A stretch of 64,000 nt of DNA, taken from NCBI GenBank assembly GCA_963817955.1, contig CAWFQK010000003.1, forward strand, positions 32,001 through 96,000, read 5' to 3'. The stretch is from an uncultured Gemmatimonadaceae bacterium. Lineage in GTDB: Bacteria > Gemmatimonadota > Gemmatimonadetes > Gemmatimonadales > Gemmatimonadaceae. Shown one piece after another: positions 1 to 9,249 of this stretch; the stretch's first letter is position 1; every line of letters begins with the position of its first letter. The position numbers and the translations under genes were made by a program. The notes below the pieces were generated by a model that was not told the origin of the DNA, searched no databases, and saw only the letters and a list, made by a program, of their open reading frames with translations.

Positions 1-804
1 CGCGGGCCGGAGCTTGTGCGGGTTGCAACCGCGACGGCGCGGTTCAACGCGCTGCAGAGCATAGGCCCGCTACCGCGCCTGGCCGGCCCAGTCGCCGACG
101 GCAACCGCGCGGGTTTCGTGCTGCTGTTCTATATCGTCGTGATTGCCGGCGCGGGTCTGCGGCCGGCGACGCGGAGAACTGCTCTGGGCGTCGCGATCGT
201 GCTGCTGGCGGTGACACTCTCCCGGTCCGCGAGCATGGCGGCATTGGCCACCGGCGCCATGGCACTGATCGCACGGCGGCGGCGTGTATCGCCCGCGCTG
301 TTGTTGGCTACTTTGACAGGCATCGTGTTGACAACGGCTTATCTGTTCGCGTACCCCGAGACGCTCGAGCGGATGCAGAGGGTGGTACAGTCACCGGTCG
401 CCAGTCGGTTATCCACCAATGAAGGGTCGGCGCAGGGACACCTGCACCTGATCGTACGAGGAATGGAGGAAGCCACACAGTCGGTGCCGCGCGCGACGAT
501 GGGGTTGGGATACGGGAACGCTTATCTCGTGCTACAGGACGTGTTTCCGGCGAACCGGTATGGCAATTTTCACTCGCTGTATGTCACGATGTTCGCCGAA
601 GCCGGGGTGTTTGCGCTGGTGCTGACGCTCGTATTGATGGGGGTTCCCCTCGTCATGGGCGGACCATGGCGCGCGCTCGTGGCCGGGTCGTTCGCGTTCA
701 ATGTTTTTTATCAGACCACTACGGAGCCGGTGTTCTGGTTCTTGCTGGCGTTGGCTTGGATGACGATGCCGCGTTGGCGAGGTCGCGCCTGTCATCGTGA
801 GTGA
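1..804 (+). CDS. O-antigen ligase/Wzy-type polysaccharide polymerase family membrane protein (5'-truncated by window edge)
   Basis: Multi-TM protein with TLSRSA, GLGYG and FHSLYV...EAG motifs typical of the Wzy_C/WaaL family; sits in a polysaccharide locus. Confidence 0.75.
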   Translation, partial: RGPELVRVATATARFNALQSIGPLPRLAGPVADGNRAGFVLLFYIVVIAGAGLRPATRRTALGVAIVLLAVTLSRSASMAALATGAMALIARRRRVSPALLLATLTGIVLTTAYLFAYPETLERMQRVVQSPVASRLSTNEGSAQGHLHLIVRGMEEATQSVPRATMGLGYGNAYLVLQDVFPANRYGNFHSLYVTMFAEAGVFALVLTLVLMGVPLVMGGPWRALVAGSFAFNVFYQTTTEPVFWFLLALAWMTMPRWRGRACHRE

Positions 805-810
805 TGACGA

Positions 811-1467
811 TCAGTTCTTGTGCACCACAAACAGAACGTTCGTCGTTCCGCCATTCGTCACACGGAATCCATCGAGCACATTGAAGCCGCGACCCTGGCC
901 GACGGTGTAGCCGAAGGGTGGGTTGATGCGCACGCCGAGTTCGTAGGCGCAGGGCACGCCGGTAAATGTGATGGTGCCGTTCGCGCCGCTACGGTCGAGC
1001 TCGAGCTCCTGCAAAGACGTATAGAGGACGGCAGTGACCACGGCGACGGGCGCACCCGTCTGGTCCACTATCTTCGCGACGACAGTTCCGGCACACCGGC
1101 TGAGTGTAAAGGTCAGCGACGCTTGCGAGCCCGCGTCGACAACGATGTTGTCTTTCGTCGAATATGGGGAGTCATTGGCGACGACGAAGTCATGAAACAA
1201 CAGGGGGCGGGTAACGGTCACGCCGTAGTTACCCTGCGGCACACGGACGAACGTAAAGCGGCCAGAGGAGTCCGTTGTGCCATAACCCATGGGGCGTTGG
1301 CCAGTGTACAGCACCAGCGACGCGCCGGGGATTGGAGAACCGTTGGGCTGCGACACCAGCGCTTGGACGGTGTTGTAGCGCGAGGGCTTGGTGAGCCAGG
1401 CGTCGCAGCCTGCACCGAGCGTGGCGGCAACCATTGTCGCCATGAGGAGCACGTAACGTTTGATCAC
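811..1467 (-). CDS. Lipoprotein with tandem carboxypeptidase-regulatory-like (prealbumin-like) beta domains
   Basis: Signal peptide with lipobox-like LGAGC; repeats such as G.PIPGASL...TTDSSGRFTF..VPQGNY; start overlaps upstream stop (GTGA). Confidence 0.65.
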   Translation of the reverse strand: MIKRYVLLMATMVAATLGAGCDAWLTKPSRYNTVQALVSQPNGSPIPGASLVLYTGQRPMGYGTTDSSGRFTFVRVPQGNYGVTVTRPLLFHDFVVANDSPYSTKDNIVVDAGSQASLTFTLSRCAGTVVAKIVDQTGAPVAVVTAVLYTSLQELELDRSGANGTITFTGVPCAYELGVRINPPFGYTVGQGRGFNVLDGFRVTNGGTTNVLFVVHKN

Positions 1468-3023
1468 GTGCGCCAGAGTTCCAGCGCAAGACCGAGCGCC
1501 AACGCTGCCGCCATGCCAAGGACGATACCAAGCACGATCATCACCGCCTTCTTTGGGAACGCCGGGTCATCCAGGTTCGCGACGCGCGGCGCGTCCACGA
1601 CATGCACTCGATCCTGTCGCAGCACGTCGGTCAACTCAGCTTGCTTCAACTGCTTACTGAGCGCGAGAAATATGGCTTCGCGCAGCGTCCGATCGCGCAC
1701 GAGCTGGCCGTAGCGCGTGGCTGCCGCGGGAAGCGTCTGGAGGGTGTCGATGAGTGCAGTGACTGTTTGTGCCGTGGTCGCCAGCTCCTGGTCGAGACTC
1801 TCCAGGTACTGCGGTCCCAGCCGATAGAGCTGCCCTTCGATCTCCGTGATGCGGGTGGTGAGTTGCCTGTACTCCGGGTTCGCCTCGGTGCGCGTGACGC
1901 CGAGCACGGCACGTTTGTTCTCCAGATCCACCAGCGCCTGTAACAGATCTTGAATGGCGCGGTTGCTGATCAGCGACGGAAAAGTGGCAAGCTGGCGGTA
2001 GGCGGTGGCGTCGGCGCCGCCACGCGACCGCGCCTCAATGATCGCCAGCATCTTCGCGAGCGCGTTGCGTTCGGAGCTGATGGCATCGACGCGCGTGCTG
2101 ATGGCGCTGATTCGTTTGACCTGCGCCGACGCTTGGTCCGTGGGCGAGATGAGACGGCTCTGTTCCTCGAACGCTCGGAGCGTCATTTCCGCCTCGGTGA
2201 GTTGGCGGGCGGTGGAATCGGCCTGTTCTCGAAGCTGTACGACGGCCACGGTGTCTTGCGTCCGTTCCATCCGATTGGAGTACGCGATGTATTCGTCGAT
2301 GATGCGTTGCACCACCTGCACCGCGAGCCGCCGATCCGGGTCCTCGTAGCCCACTTCGACCAGGCGCGATCCTCCTTCCTGTCGTTCGATAATGAGCCGC
2401 TTGTCCAGGAGATCGTGCACCTTGTACCGCGGCAGCACGCGAACAGTGATCTTGCCCGGGCCGCCGCGGCTGAGATCCTGGGACAGCGTGATCATCGCGC
2501 CGCCAACGCGCATGGAATCGCCAGCGGCGATGGACCTAGGCAGATAGCGAACTTCCTCGAGCCCGGATTTGTCCACCCGGTAGTGGCCGGCGCTTTCCTG
2601 AGTGAGCGTCAGCTGGCCGTCGGCATCAACTGTGGGATCTACCACGCGCACGTTCAGCAGGCGCGCGCGGTCACCGGCCGGCGTTCTTAGCTGGAAGGCG
2701 AGGCCGAGCGCGTCGATCGCCGCGTCGCGAACCCGGTCGCTGCGCAACACGGCCACTTCCGTTTCCAACTCGTCACGACCCAGACCAAGCAGTGCGGCAC
2801 CGGGAACCGCGGACATCTGATCGGTGAGCGCAGACCCAGCCGAATTCTTGGTGTCGATGCGAAGTCGCGCCCAGCTCTTGTACCGCGGGGTGGCGGTGAA
2901 GGTGTAGATCGCCACCAGCGTAAAGATCGTGGCAAATACACCAAGCAGCAGCCAGCGCCTGGCGGCAATTCGGCGCGCCAGCTCGCGGAGCGTGAGCTCC
3001 TGGGGGGATGGCTCGCCGTTCAC
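1464..3023 (-). CDS. Wzc/GumC-like polysaccharide co-polymerase (chain-length determinant), no kinase domain
   Basis: N-terminal TM, TPRYKS, LETEVAVLRS, long coiled coil, VVDAP..P..P then C-terminal TM; start placed at GTG 3023 overlapping upstream TGA. Confidence 0.8.
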   Translation of the reverse strand: MNGEPSPQELTLRELARRIAARRWLLLGVFATIFTLVAIYTFTATPRYKSWARLRIDTKNSAGSALTDQMSAVPGAALLGLGRDELETEVAVLRSDRVRDAAIDALGLAFQLRTPAGDRARLLNVRVVDPTVDADGQLTLTQESAGHYRVDKSGLEEVRYLPRSIAAGDSMRVGGAMITLSQDLSRGGPGKITVRVLPRYKVHDLLDKRLIIERQEGGSRLVEVGYEDPDRRLAVQVVQRIIDEYIAYSNRMERTQDTVAVVQLREQADSTARQLTEAEMTLRAFEEQSRLISPTDQASAQVKRISAISTRVDAISSERNALAKMLAIIEARSRGGADATAYRQLATFPSLISNRAIQDLLQALVDLENKRAVLGVTRTEANPEYRQLTTRITEIEGQLYRLGPQYLESLDQELATTAQTVTALIDTLQTLPAAATRYGQLVRDRTLREAIFLALSKQLKQAELTDVLRQDRVHVVDAPRVANLDDPAFPKKAVMIVLGIVLGMAAALALGLALELWRT

Positions 3024-4687
3024 CGGCGCCACGCCGCAGTTGAAAGCGTCACGGACAGCGTGTTGTTGATCAAGTCGATACCGGCTGTCTCCACACCAAT
3101 CCCGACGACGTACGCCTGAAACAGGTAATTGAACCGCGCCGCGTGAGCAAAGTCCACGAGCAGATCGACATCGCGCCATGATCCTCCGGCACGAAGGCCG
3201 GCCAACATGGTCACGTCCTGACGCTTGAAGAACGGGACGATGGGCTCCTCGAGCGTTCCATTGTCCCAGCGAATGCGTTCGAGGTACGGACCGATGCGCC
3301 AATTCTTGGCGAAGAGTTCTCCGGCGAGCCATTGGCTGGAGGCACCAGGACCGATCGCCGCACCCAGCATCTGGCCGCGTTGAGTGAATCCCTGCGGCAC
3401 CGCGCGGCTTGTGTATGTGACGGCCGTGGGTCGAAGGCGCAGCGACGGATCGGGCTCCATGTACGATGCCTCGCTCTGCAACCGGAAGCTGCGCTGCCCG
3501 CGGGTGGAATGAGCCCATTGAAAGCCCAGCGTGTACCCCTCCGAGTGGCCGGGGTACTCGAGGAAATCGCGCAGGGAGCGCGGCTCCTCGAAGCGCGCCC
3601 ACTCCACGTATGCCTCGAACCCGGCGTCGGGAACGAGCCAGCGCGCAAAGAAAGAGGTGATCTGGTCTCGCGCATGCTGTGGAACTACGACGTTGGTATC
3701 GACGTTGAGGTGCCCAACCGTACCGAACACATTGAATGCGGCGCCGACGGGAAACGCCGTGCCGCCTTGCGAACCCATGACGAGGCGCGCAACACCCAGC
3801 GTCAGTGTACTGTCGAACGGTGTGGTCCAGGTGGCAGCCATGCCGGCGAGTGAGCGCTTGTTGTTTGAGGTGTCGGCGTCGAAGTAGTCTGACTCGGAAA
3901 GCTGGCCGACGATCCACTGCGCATCGAAAGTGCCGAAATGCGTGCGCAGGGGCTGCTTGGTCTGCAGAAAGAGATGTGGGAATCCAGGCGCGTTGTTGCT
4001 GAGCGTGATGGCGTTCCGGATACCGGGTCCCCACCAGAGGTTCTCGGTAGCAGCTCCAAACGACGCCGCACCCGCGTCGATGGTCAGGCTGCTCTGCCCT
4101 GGATCGAGACGTTGGAGCCGCCGATCGCCAAAGCGAAGTGGCAGATCGATCGACTCCGGCAGTGGATGGAAGGGATTCGCCCAGACGTTGCGCGGCGACG
4201 CCACGTCCTGCCGAAAGGGAATGACCTGAAAGAGCTCGTTGTCCGATGAAACGAGTGTTGGCGCAATTATCAATCGAACGGCGCCCGCGTGAACGGCAAG
4301 TGCCGCCGTTGCGGACTCGTTCCAGCCACGACCGGCCCAGAGTGGGCCGTCGTTGAGCGAAAAGGGAATTCCGGAGTTCCTGAGGGCGCGAATTTCCAGC
4401 AGACTGGCGCCGAACTGCCAGGCAGACGACGAGTCGTGCGCGGCCGCCATGCGCGATGTGGAACGCAGCAGCAACAGCGCTCGTTTTGTGGAATCCGTGA
4501 GCGCATCTAGTCTGAGGCGCTCGTCCGCGTCGCTGCCAATGTTCACGAGCGGCGCGGTGACAAAGTGTTGCGCGTCAACGCGTGCGGCGCCGCGCCCGCC
4601 GCCGAGTAAGGCCAGCGTGATCGCCAGGATGGAAATCCGGGGTGGTCGCGCGATCGCGGCTCTCGCGGTAGGAAAGGTGGCCCTCAT
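3020..4687 (-). CDS. Capsule assembly Wzi family outer-membrane protein
   Basis: Signal peptide; ENLWWGPGIRNAITLSNNAPGFPH motif characteristic of the Wzi family; beta-barrel-like C-terminus. Confidence 0.8.
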   Translation of the reverse strand: MRATFPTARAAIARPPRISILAITLALLGGGRGAARVDAQHFVTAPLVNIGSDADERLRLDALTDSTKRALLLLRSTSRMAAAHDSSSAWQFGASLLEIRALRNSGIPFSLNDGPLWAGRGWNESATAALAVHAGAVRLIIAPTLVSSDNELFQVIPFRQDVASPRNVWANPFHPLPESIDLPLRFGDRRLQRLDPGQSSLTIDAGAASFGAATENLWWGPGIRNAITLSNNAPGFPHLFLQTKQPLRTHFGTFDAQWIVGQLSESDYFDADTSNNKRSLAGMAATWTTPFDSTLTLGVARLVMGSQGGTAFPVGAAFNVFGTVGHLNVDTNVVVPQHARDQITSFFARWLVPDAGFEAYVEWARFEEPRSLRDFLEYPGHSEGYTLGFQWAHSTRGQRSFRLQSEASYMEPDPSLRLRPTAVTYTSRAVPQGFTQRGQMLGAAIGPGASSQWLAGELFAKNWRIGPYLERIRWDNGTLEEPIVPFFKRQDVTMLAGLRAGGSWRDVDLLVDFAHAARFNYLFQAYVVGIGVETAGIDLINNTLSVTLSTAAWRR

Positions 4688-4712
4688 TGTCACATCGATA
4701 CTAAGCTTAGGA

Positions 4713-6376
4713 ATGTCGACAAAGCAACTACGTGGGATCCGGCGCGCGGCGACGGTGCTGGTGCTCGCGGGTACCGAGCTGTTGGCGGGTTTCCATTCAG
4801 CCGTCGCGCAGGTGTATTCTCGGCTCGATCTGGGTTGGTCGATCGAGGTGGGGGGTGAAGCCGAGCGATACGCGCGCGTTCTACAGCTCGCCGGCGCTGT
4901 GCCACTCACGCCGTGGAGCATCCAGCCCTTTTCGCCGTCGCAAGTGCGGGCGATGCGGCCAAGGCAGGGGCACCCGTGGGCAGGGCAGTTTGCCGATAGC
5001 CTTCGCACCGACTCGGGCAGCCTTCGCGTGCTGCGGCCCATGGCACGCCTTATCGGCAACTCGACATATGCCTACCAGGTAAGCGGCGGACCGACGTGGG
5101 CAGGCAGGGGCCTTACCGCAGACGTGCAGGGCGGCGTGGCCTGGGCATGGAAAAGCGTCTATGCGGAAGCCGCACCGGTGGCATTCGTGGCGCAGAACGC
5201 CGAGTTCCCGTTGGCACCGAATGGTCTGTCGGGAAACGGGCAGTACGCGGACGCGCGGTTCCCTAGTAAAATCGATGCCCCACAGCGCTTTGGTGCCGGC
5301 GCGTACTCAGGTGTGGGGGCCGGCACGTCGTCACTGGTGTGTGGACTCGCACAACCTGGTTCTGGGCGTGTCGTCTGCCCCTCAACGGTGGGGGCCGCAG
5401 CGGGACTACCCGCTGGTGCTCGGACCGAACGCCGGCGGGTTTCCGGCAGTCTTTTTCGGCAGTAGCCACCCTTGGAATTTCTGGCTGTTCCGCGGCCACG
5501 GACGACTGGTATATGGCGAGCTCGGGCAGTCAGCCTACGCGCCGCCCGATACAGGGAACACGAAAGCGTCTAGGGTCGGGCATCGTGGTGGTTGCCGAGC
5601 CACGTGGCGCGCCAGGACTGGAGATCGGGTTGGCGCGGTTCATCCATCGGCCCTGGGGTGATTTCTCCGCGAACGCCCTCAGCCGGCCATTTTCTGGGGT
5701 CATCATCACCAACACCAACGGCTCACTGAACCAGGCAGCGGAGAACCAGACGGCGTCCATTTTTGCGCGGTGGGCAGTGCCCCGGGCAAAGTCCGAGTTC
5801 TACGGTGAATTCTACAAAGAGGACTACCCCGGCGGCTTTCACCAAGCTGCGGGGAACCTGGTCGAGCAGCCCGACGATCTCGCCTCATTCGCGCTGGGGT
5901 TTCAGCGCCTGCTCATTAGTGACGCGCGTGTGATTCGCGTGCTTCGTGGCGAGTTGGTAAACGGACAGTCGTCGCATCAGGAGCGGTTGGAACGCGGATT
6001 CACGTCGCCGGATCCGCCTTATATCCACGGCGTGGAGCTACAAGGTCACACGTTGAACGGTTTGATTCTCGGCTCTCCGGAAGCGTATGGCGGCGCGGCA
6101 TGGCGGTTAGGCATCGACGAATTTACGTCCCGTGGCCGCCGATCGGTGAGCCTGGAGCGGTCGCTTCGCTTGGACTGGCTGCCGACCGAGCCCGCGGCGG
6201 CGGCGGGGGTGGTGCACCCCGACGTCATCTATGCCATCCGGGCGGAGGTCTTGAGCTTTCGTGGGCCGCGCACTGTTGGCGTAACGCTCATCCCGGCGGT
6301 GGACCTCAATCGCAACCTGGTCGCGCACCACGACGTGTTGAATGTGACCGCAGCCGTCAGCATGCGCGGATGGTAG
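4713..6376 (+). pseudogene. Second Wzi-family paralog split by two frameshifts (~5340, ~5565); pseudogene or assembly error
   Basis: Continuous similarity to the 3020-4687 paralog across three frames (GPTWAGRG, IDAPQRFG / QRWGP..YPLVLGPNAGGFP / ASIFARW, QGHT..G..LG). Confidence 0.7.
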
Positions 6377-6379
6377 CTT

Positions 6380-7027
6380 TCAACGGCGAATAATCGTGAC
6401 CAGGATGCCTGCCGCCGATACCAAGGTGGATGCAACCAGCGCCTGATTGCGTTCGAACCAGGAGCGCCGGTCAACAAAAATCTGATCGTTGGAATGCACG
6501 CCCGATTGGAGCATCAGACTTTCCACCGATGCCGATTTCACCACCGTCTGGCCGTTCCGGACGACGCGCACACGGTGCAGATCCCCGGTAGGCGTTGCGC
6601 CGCCCGCCAGCGCCACCAGGCCCGCCAAGCTGAGTGTAGGATCGGCGAGATATTGCCCCGGCTTGGTGACCTCGCCCAGCACTTGCACACGCCGCAGCGG
6701 GGTGAGCGTGATCGACGGGTTCTTGAGCTGCCGTTGGTATTCGGCGATGAGCGAGTCGCGGAGTTGGTCGAAAGAACGGCCCGCCACGTTCACAACGCCC
6801 AGCATGGGCAACGTGAGACGGCCTCTTTCGTCCACTTTGAAGTCGCCGGACAAGTCCTTCTCGCGCCAGACCATGGACCGTACGACGTCACCTGGCTCGA
6901 GCACCAGCGTCGAATCTGGCCGCGCCGCGGGAGCCTGCGCGCGCAGGCCCCCGGCTAGGCAGCATAGAACGCACGCCAACCGTGAAGCAAGAGATAAGAA
7001 GCGCATTGCCGACAGGGTTTGTGTCAT
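6380..7027 (-). CDS. Polysaccharide biosynthesis/export (OPX, Wza-like) protein with SLBB domain
   Basis: LEPGDVV, VDERGRLTLPMLG, VQVLGEVTKPGQY, ALAGG motifs. Confidence 0.85.
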   Translation of the reverse strand: MTQTLSAMRFLSLASRLACVLCCLAGGLRAQAPAARPDSTLVLEPGDVVRSMVWREKDLSGDFKVDERGRLTLPMLGVVNVAGRSFDQLRDSLIAEYQRQLKNPSITLTPLRRVQVLGEVTKPGQYLADPTLSLAGLVALAGGATPTGDLHRVRVVRNGQTVVKSASVESLMLQSGVHSNDQIFVDRRSWFERNQALVASTLVSAAGILVTIIRR

Positions 7028-7088
7028 GACCGCCGTTCAGGTATGGTAACCACATGAAACGCGCGCCGCTCGATCGGGACTACAGGGC

Positions 7089-8045
7089 ATGGTGACTGTC
7101 GACATCATCTGTTCGGTGCTCAACGCCGAACGGTTCCTACCCGAGTTTCTGGCGAGCCTGGCGGCGCAGACGCACGCCAGTTGGCGGTTGTGGCTGCGCG
7201 ACGACGGCTCGACGGACGGTACGGCGAGCATCTTCAGATCAGCGAGCGATGCAGACTCACGCGTGCGGATCCTTGATGTGGGCGGCCCCAGGATGGGGGC
7301 TGCGCAGAGCTTCGGTTGGGCGCTGGAGCGGGTTCCGGATGACAGCTCGTATGTAATGACTGCCGACGCCGACGACATCTGGCTGCCCACCAAAATAGAG
7401 CGCACGCTTGCCGTGATGATCGAGAGTGAGGCGTCGCACAGCCCAGCCATGCCCATCCTCGTACACACAGATCTCACTGTGGTGGACGCAGATCTCCGCG
7501 AGCGCCACCCATCGTTCTGGCGCCTTACCGATCTCAGACCTGAACCGCCGACGCTGCGCCGCGTCGTGGTGCGTAACGTCGCGACCGGTCCAACGATCAT
7601 GCTCAACGCAGCCCTTCGAGCGCGCATCGGCACAACACCAGCCGAGGCGACATATCAGGATTGGTGGTATGCGCTCGTCGCGGCAGCAGTGGGTCGCGTG
7701 GTGGCGATCCACGAGCCCACTGTGTTGTACCGCCAGCATGGAGCCAACCACGTTGGGGCGCAGGCCCGAGAGCCTGTGCGCTTTTCGAACCTGCCGGGTG
7801 CGATTCGCGCCGGCCTGGCGCGGAGCGGTCAGTTCCGAGCGGGTATTCGCAAGACGGCGGCGCAGGCAGGCGCGCTACTCGCGCGATACGGCGACCAACT
7901 GACGCCAGAGGATCGACAGTTCCTTCTCGACTACTCGCGTATTCCGGACCGGAGTTTTGCTCGGCGGAAGCTGGAAGTGCTGAGACTGAGGGCGCTGCCG
8001 GAGTATGGGCTCGTACGCACTCTGGGAGCGCTGCTGCGCGGTTGA
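7089..8045 (+). CDS. Glycosyltransferase family 2
   Basis: NAERFL, RDDGSTDGT, DADDIW, QDWW, YRQHGAN motifs. Confidence 0.9.
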   Translation: MVTVDIICSVLNAERFLPEFLASLAAQTHASWRLWLRDDGSTDGTASIFRSASDADSRVRILDVGGPRMGAAQSFGWALERVPDDSSYVMTADADDIWLPTKIERTLAVMIESEASHSPAMPILVHTDLTVVDADLRERHPSFWRLTDLRPEPPTLRRVVVRNVATGPTIMLNAALRARIGTTPAEATYQDWWYALVAAAVGRVVAIHEPTVLYRQHGANHVGAQAREPVRFSNLPGAIRAGLARSGQFRAGIRKTAAQAGALLARYGDQLTPEDRQFLLDYSRIPDRSFARRKLEVLRLRALPEYGLVRTLGALLRG

Positions 8046-8085
8046 CTACGCTCACGGCATTTCCGAATACCGCGGCGCGGCCGTG

Positions 8086-9249
8086 ATGCTGCCGTCCAAT
8101 TTGAGAATCGCGATCGTCCACGAATGGCTCGTGACCTTTGGCGGGTCGGAGCTCGTGCTGCGCGAACTGCTCCGGCTTTTTCCACGTGCCGAGGTGTTCA
8201 CGCTGATCGATACCATGGACCCCGATCAGCGCGAGTTCTTGGGTGTGCAGCGAACGAAAGCGAGCTTTCTCAACCGAATACCTGGTGTGGAAGGGCGCCA
8301 CCGTTCGCTGCTGCCCCTCTTTCCTGCCGCCGTGCGGTCGCTCGACGTGAGCCAGTTCGACGTAGTGATCTCGAATTCGCATGCGGTGGCAAAGGGAGTG
8401 CGCACCCATGACCGGCAGCTCCACCTCTGCTACTGCTTATCGCCAATGCGGTATGCATGGGATCTGCGCGAGCAGTACCTGACGGAAGCCGGACTGGCCA
8501 CGGGCGTGCGTGGGGTACTCGCGCGAAGTCTGCTCGAGGCCCTCCGCCGGTGGGATCGCCGGAACAGCCGCGGGGTGGACGCGTTCTCGACGCTCTCGCG
8601 CTATGTGGGCGACCGGATTCAGCGTGCATATGGCCGGCAGTCGACCGTGGTGTACCCGCCGGTGGACACCGAGTTCTTCACCCCCGTCCCGGCATTACGC
8701 GCGGCGGCTGAGTACTACGTGACGGCGAGCCGGTTCGTGCCGTACAAGCGAATGGACCTGATCGCGCGCGCGTTTTCGCTGCTGCCGGATCGGAAGCTGG
8801 TGGTGATTGGCGACGGGCCGGACGCCGCCAAAGTTCGCGCAGCGGCTGGTGCCAATGTTACGCTGCTCGGCCATGTAGACCGGTCCAGACTGCGCGACGT
8901 GCTTCGCGGAGCGCGGGCCTTTGTGTTTGCCGCCGAGGAAGATTTCGGCATTGCGCCCCTGGAGGCGCAGGCGTGCGGCGTGCCCGTGATCGCCTACGGG
9001 CGGGGCGGCGCGATGGAGACCGTGCGCGGAATTGGCTCAGAGCGGCCGACTGGATTGCATTTCAGCGAGCAGACTGCGGAGTCGATCGCGGCTGCAGTGG
9101 TGGAGTTCGAGCGAGTATCTGGTTCATTCTCACCAGAAGCGTGCCGTGCCAACGCCGAGTGCTTCAGCGAAGCAAGGTTCCGGGAGCAGTTTGGCGAGTG
9201 GGTCGAGCGCGAGTGGCTAGTGTTTACTTCTTCACGATTGCCGCAATAG
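8086..9249 (+). CDS. Glycosyltransferase family 4 (WbaZ-like mannosyltransferase type)
   Basis: AIVHEWLVTFGGSE, SPMRYAWD, EEDFGIAPLEAQACG motifs. Confidence 0.9.
   Translation: MLPSNLRIAIVHEWLVTFGGSELVLRELLRLFPRAEVFTLIDTMDPDQREFLGVQRTKASFLNRIPGVEGRHRSLLPLFPAAVRSLDVSQFDVVISNSHAVAKGVRTHDRQLHLCYCLSPMRYAWDLREQYLTEAGLATGVRGVLARSLLEALRRWDRRNSRGVDAFSTLSRYVGDRIQRAYGRQSTVVYPPVDTEFFTPVPALRAAAEYYVTASRFVPYKRMDLIARAFSLLPDRKLVVIGDGPDAAKVRAAAGANVTLLGHVDRSRLRDVLRGARAFVFAAEEDFGIAPLEAQACGVPVIAYGRGGAMETVRGIGSERPTGLHFSEQTAESIAAAVVEFERVSGSFSPEACRANAECFSEARFREQFGEWVEREWLVFTSSRLPQ

Noticed and set aside
820..1713. Long antisense ORFs such as 820..1713, 12158..13399, 48693..49823 and 57668..58696
   Set aside because: Typical high-GC shadow ORFs opposite well-supported genes, with no recognisable motifs
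3024..4034. N-terminal extension of the 856-aa ORF 1464..4034
   Set aside because: Out-of-frame overlap with the Wzi-like gene; Arg-rich shadow translation; real start fits GTG 3023
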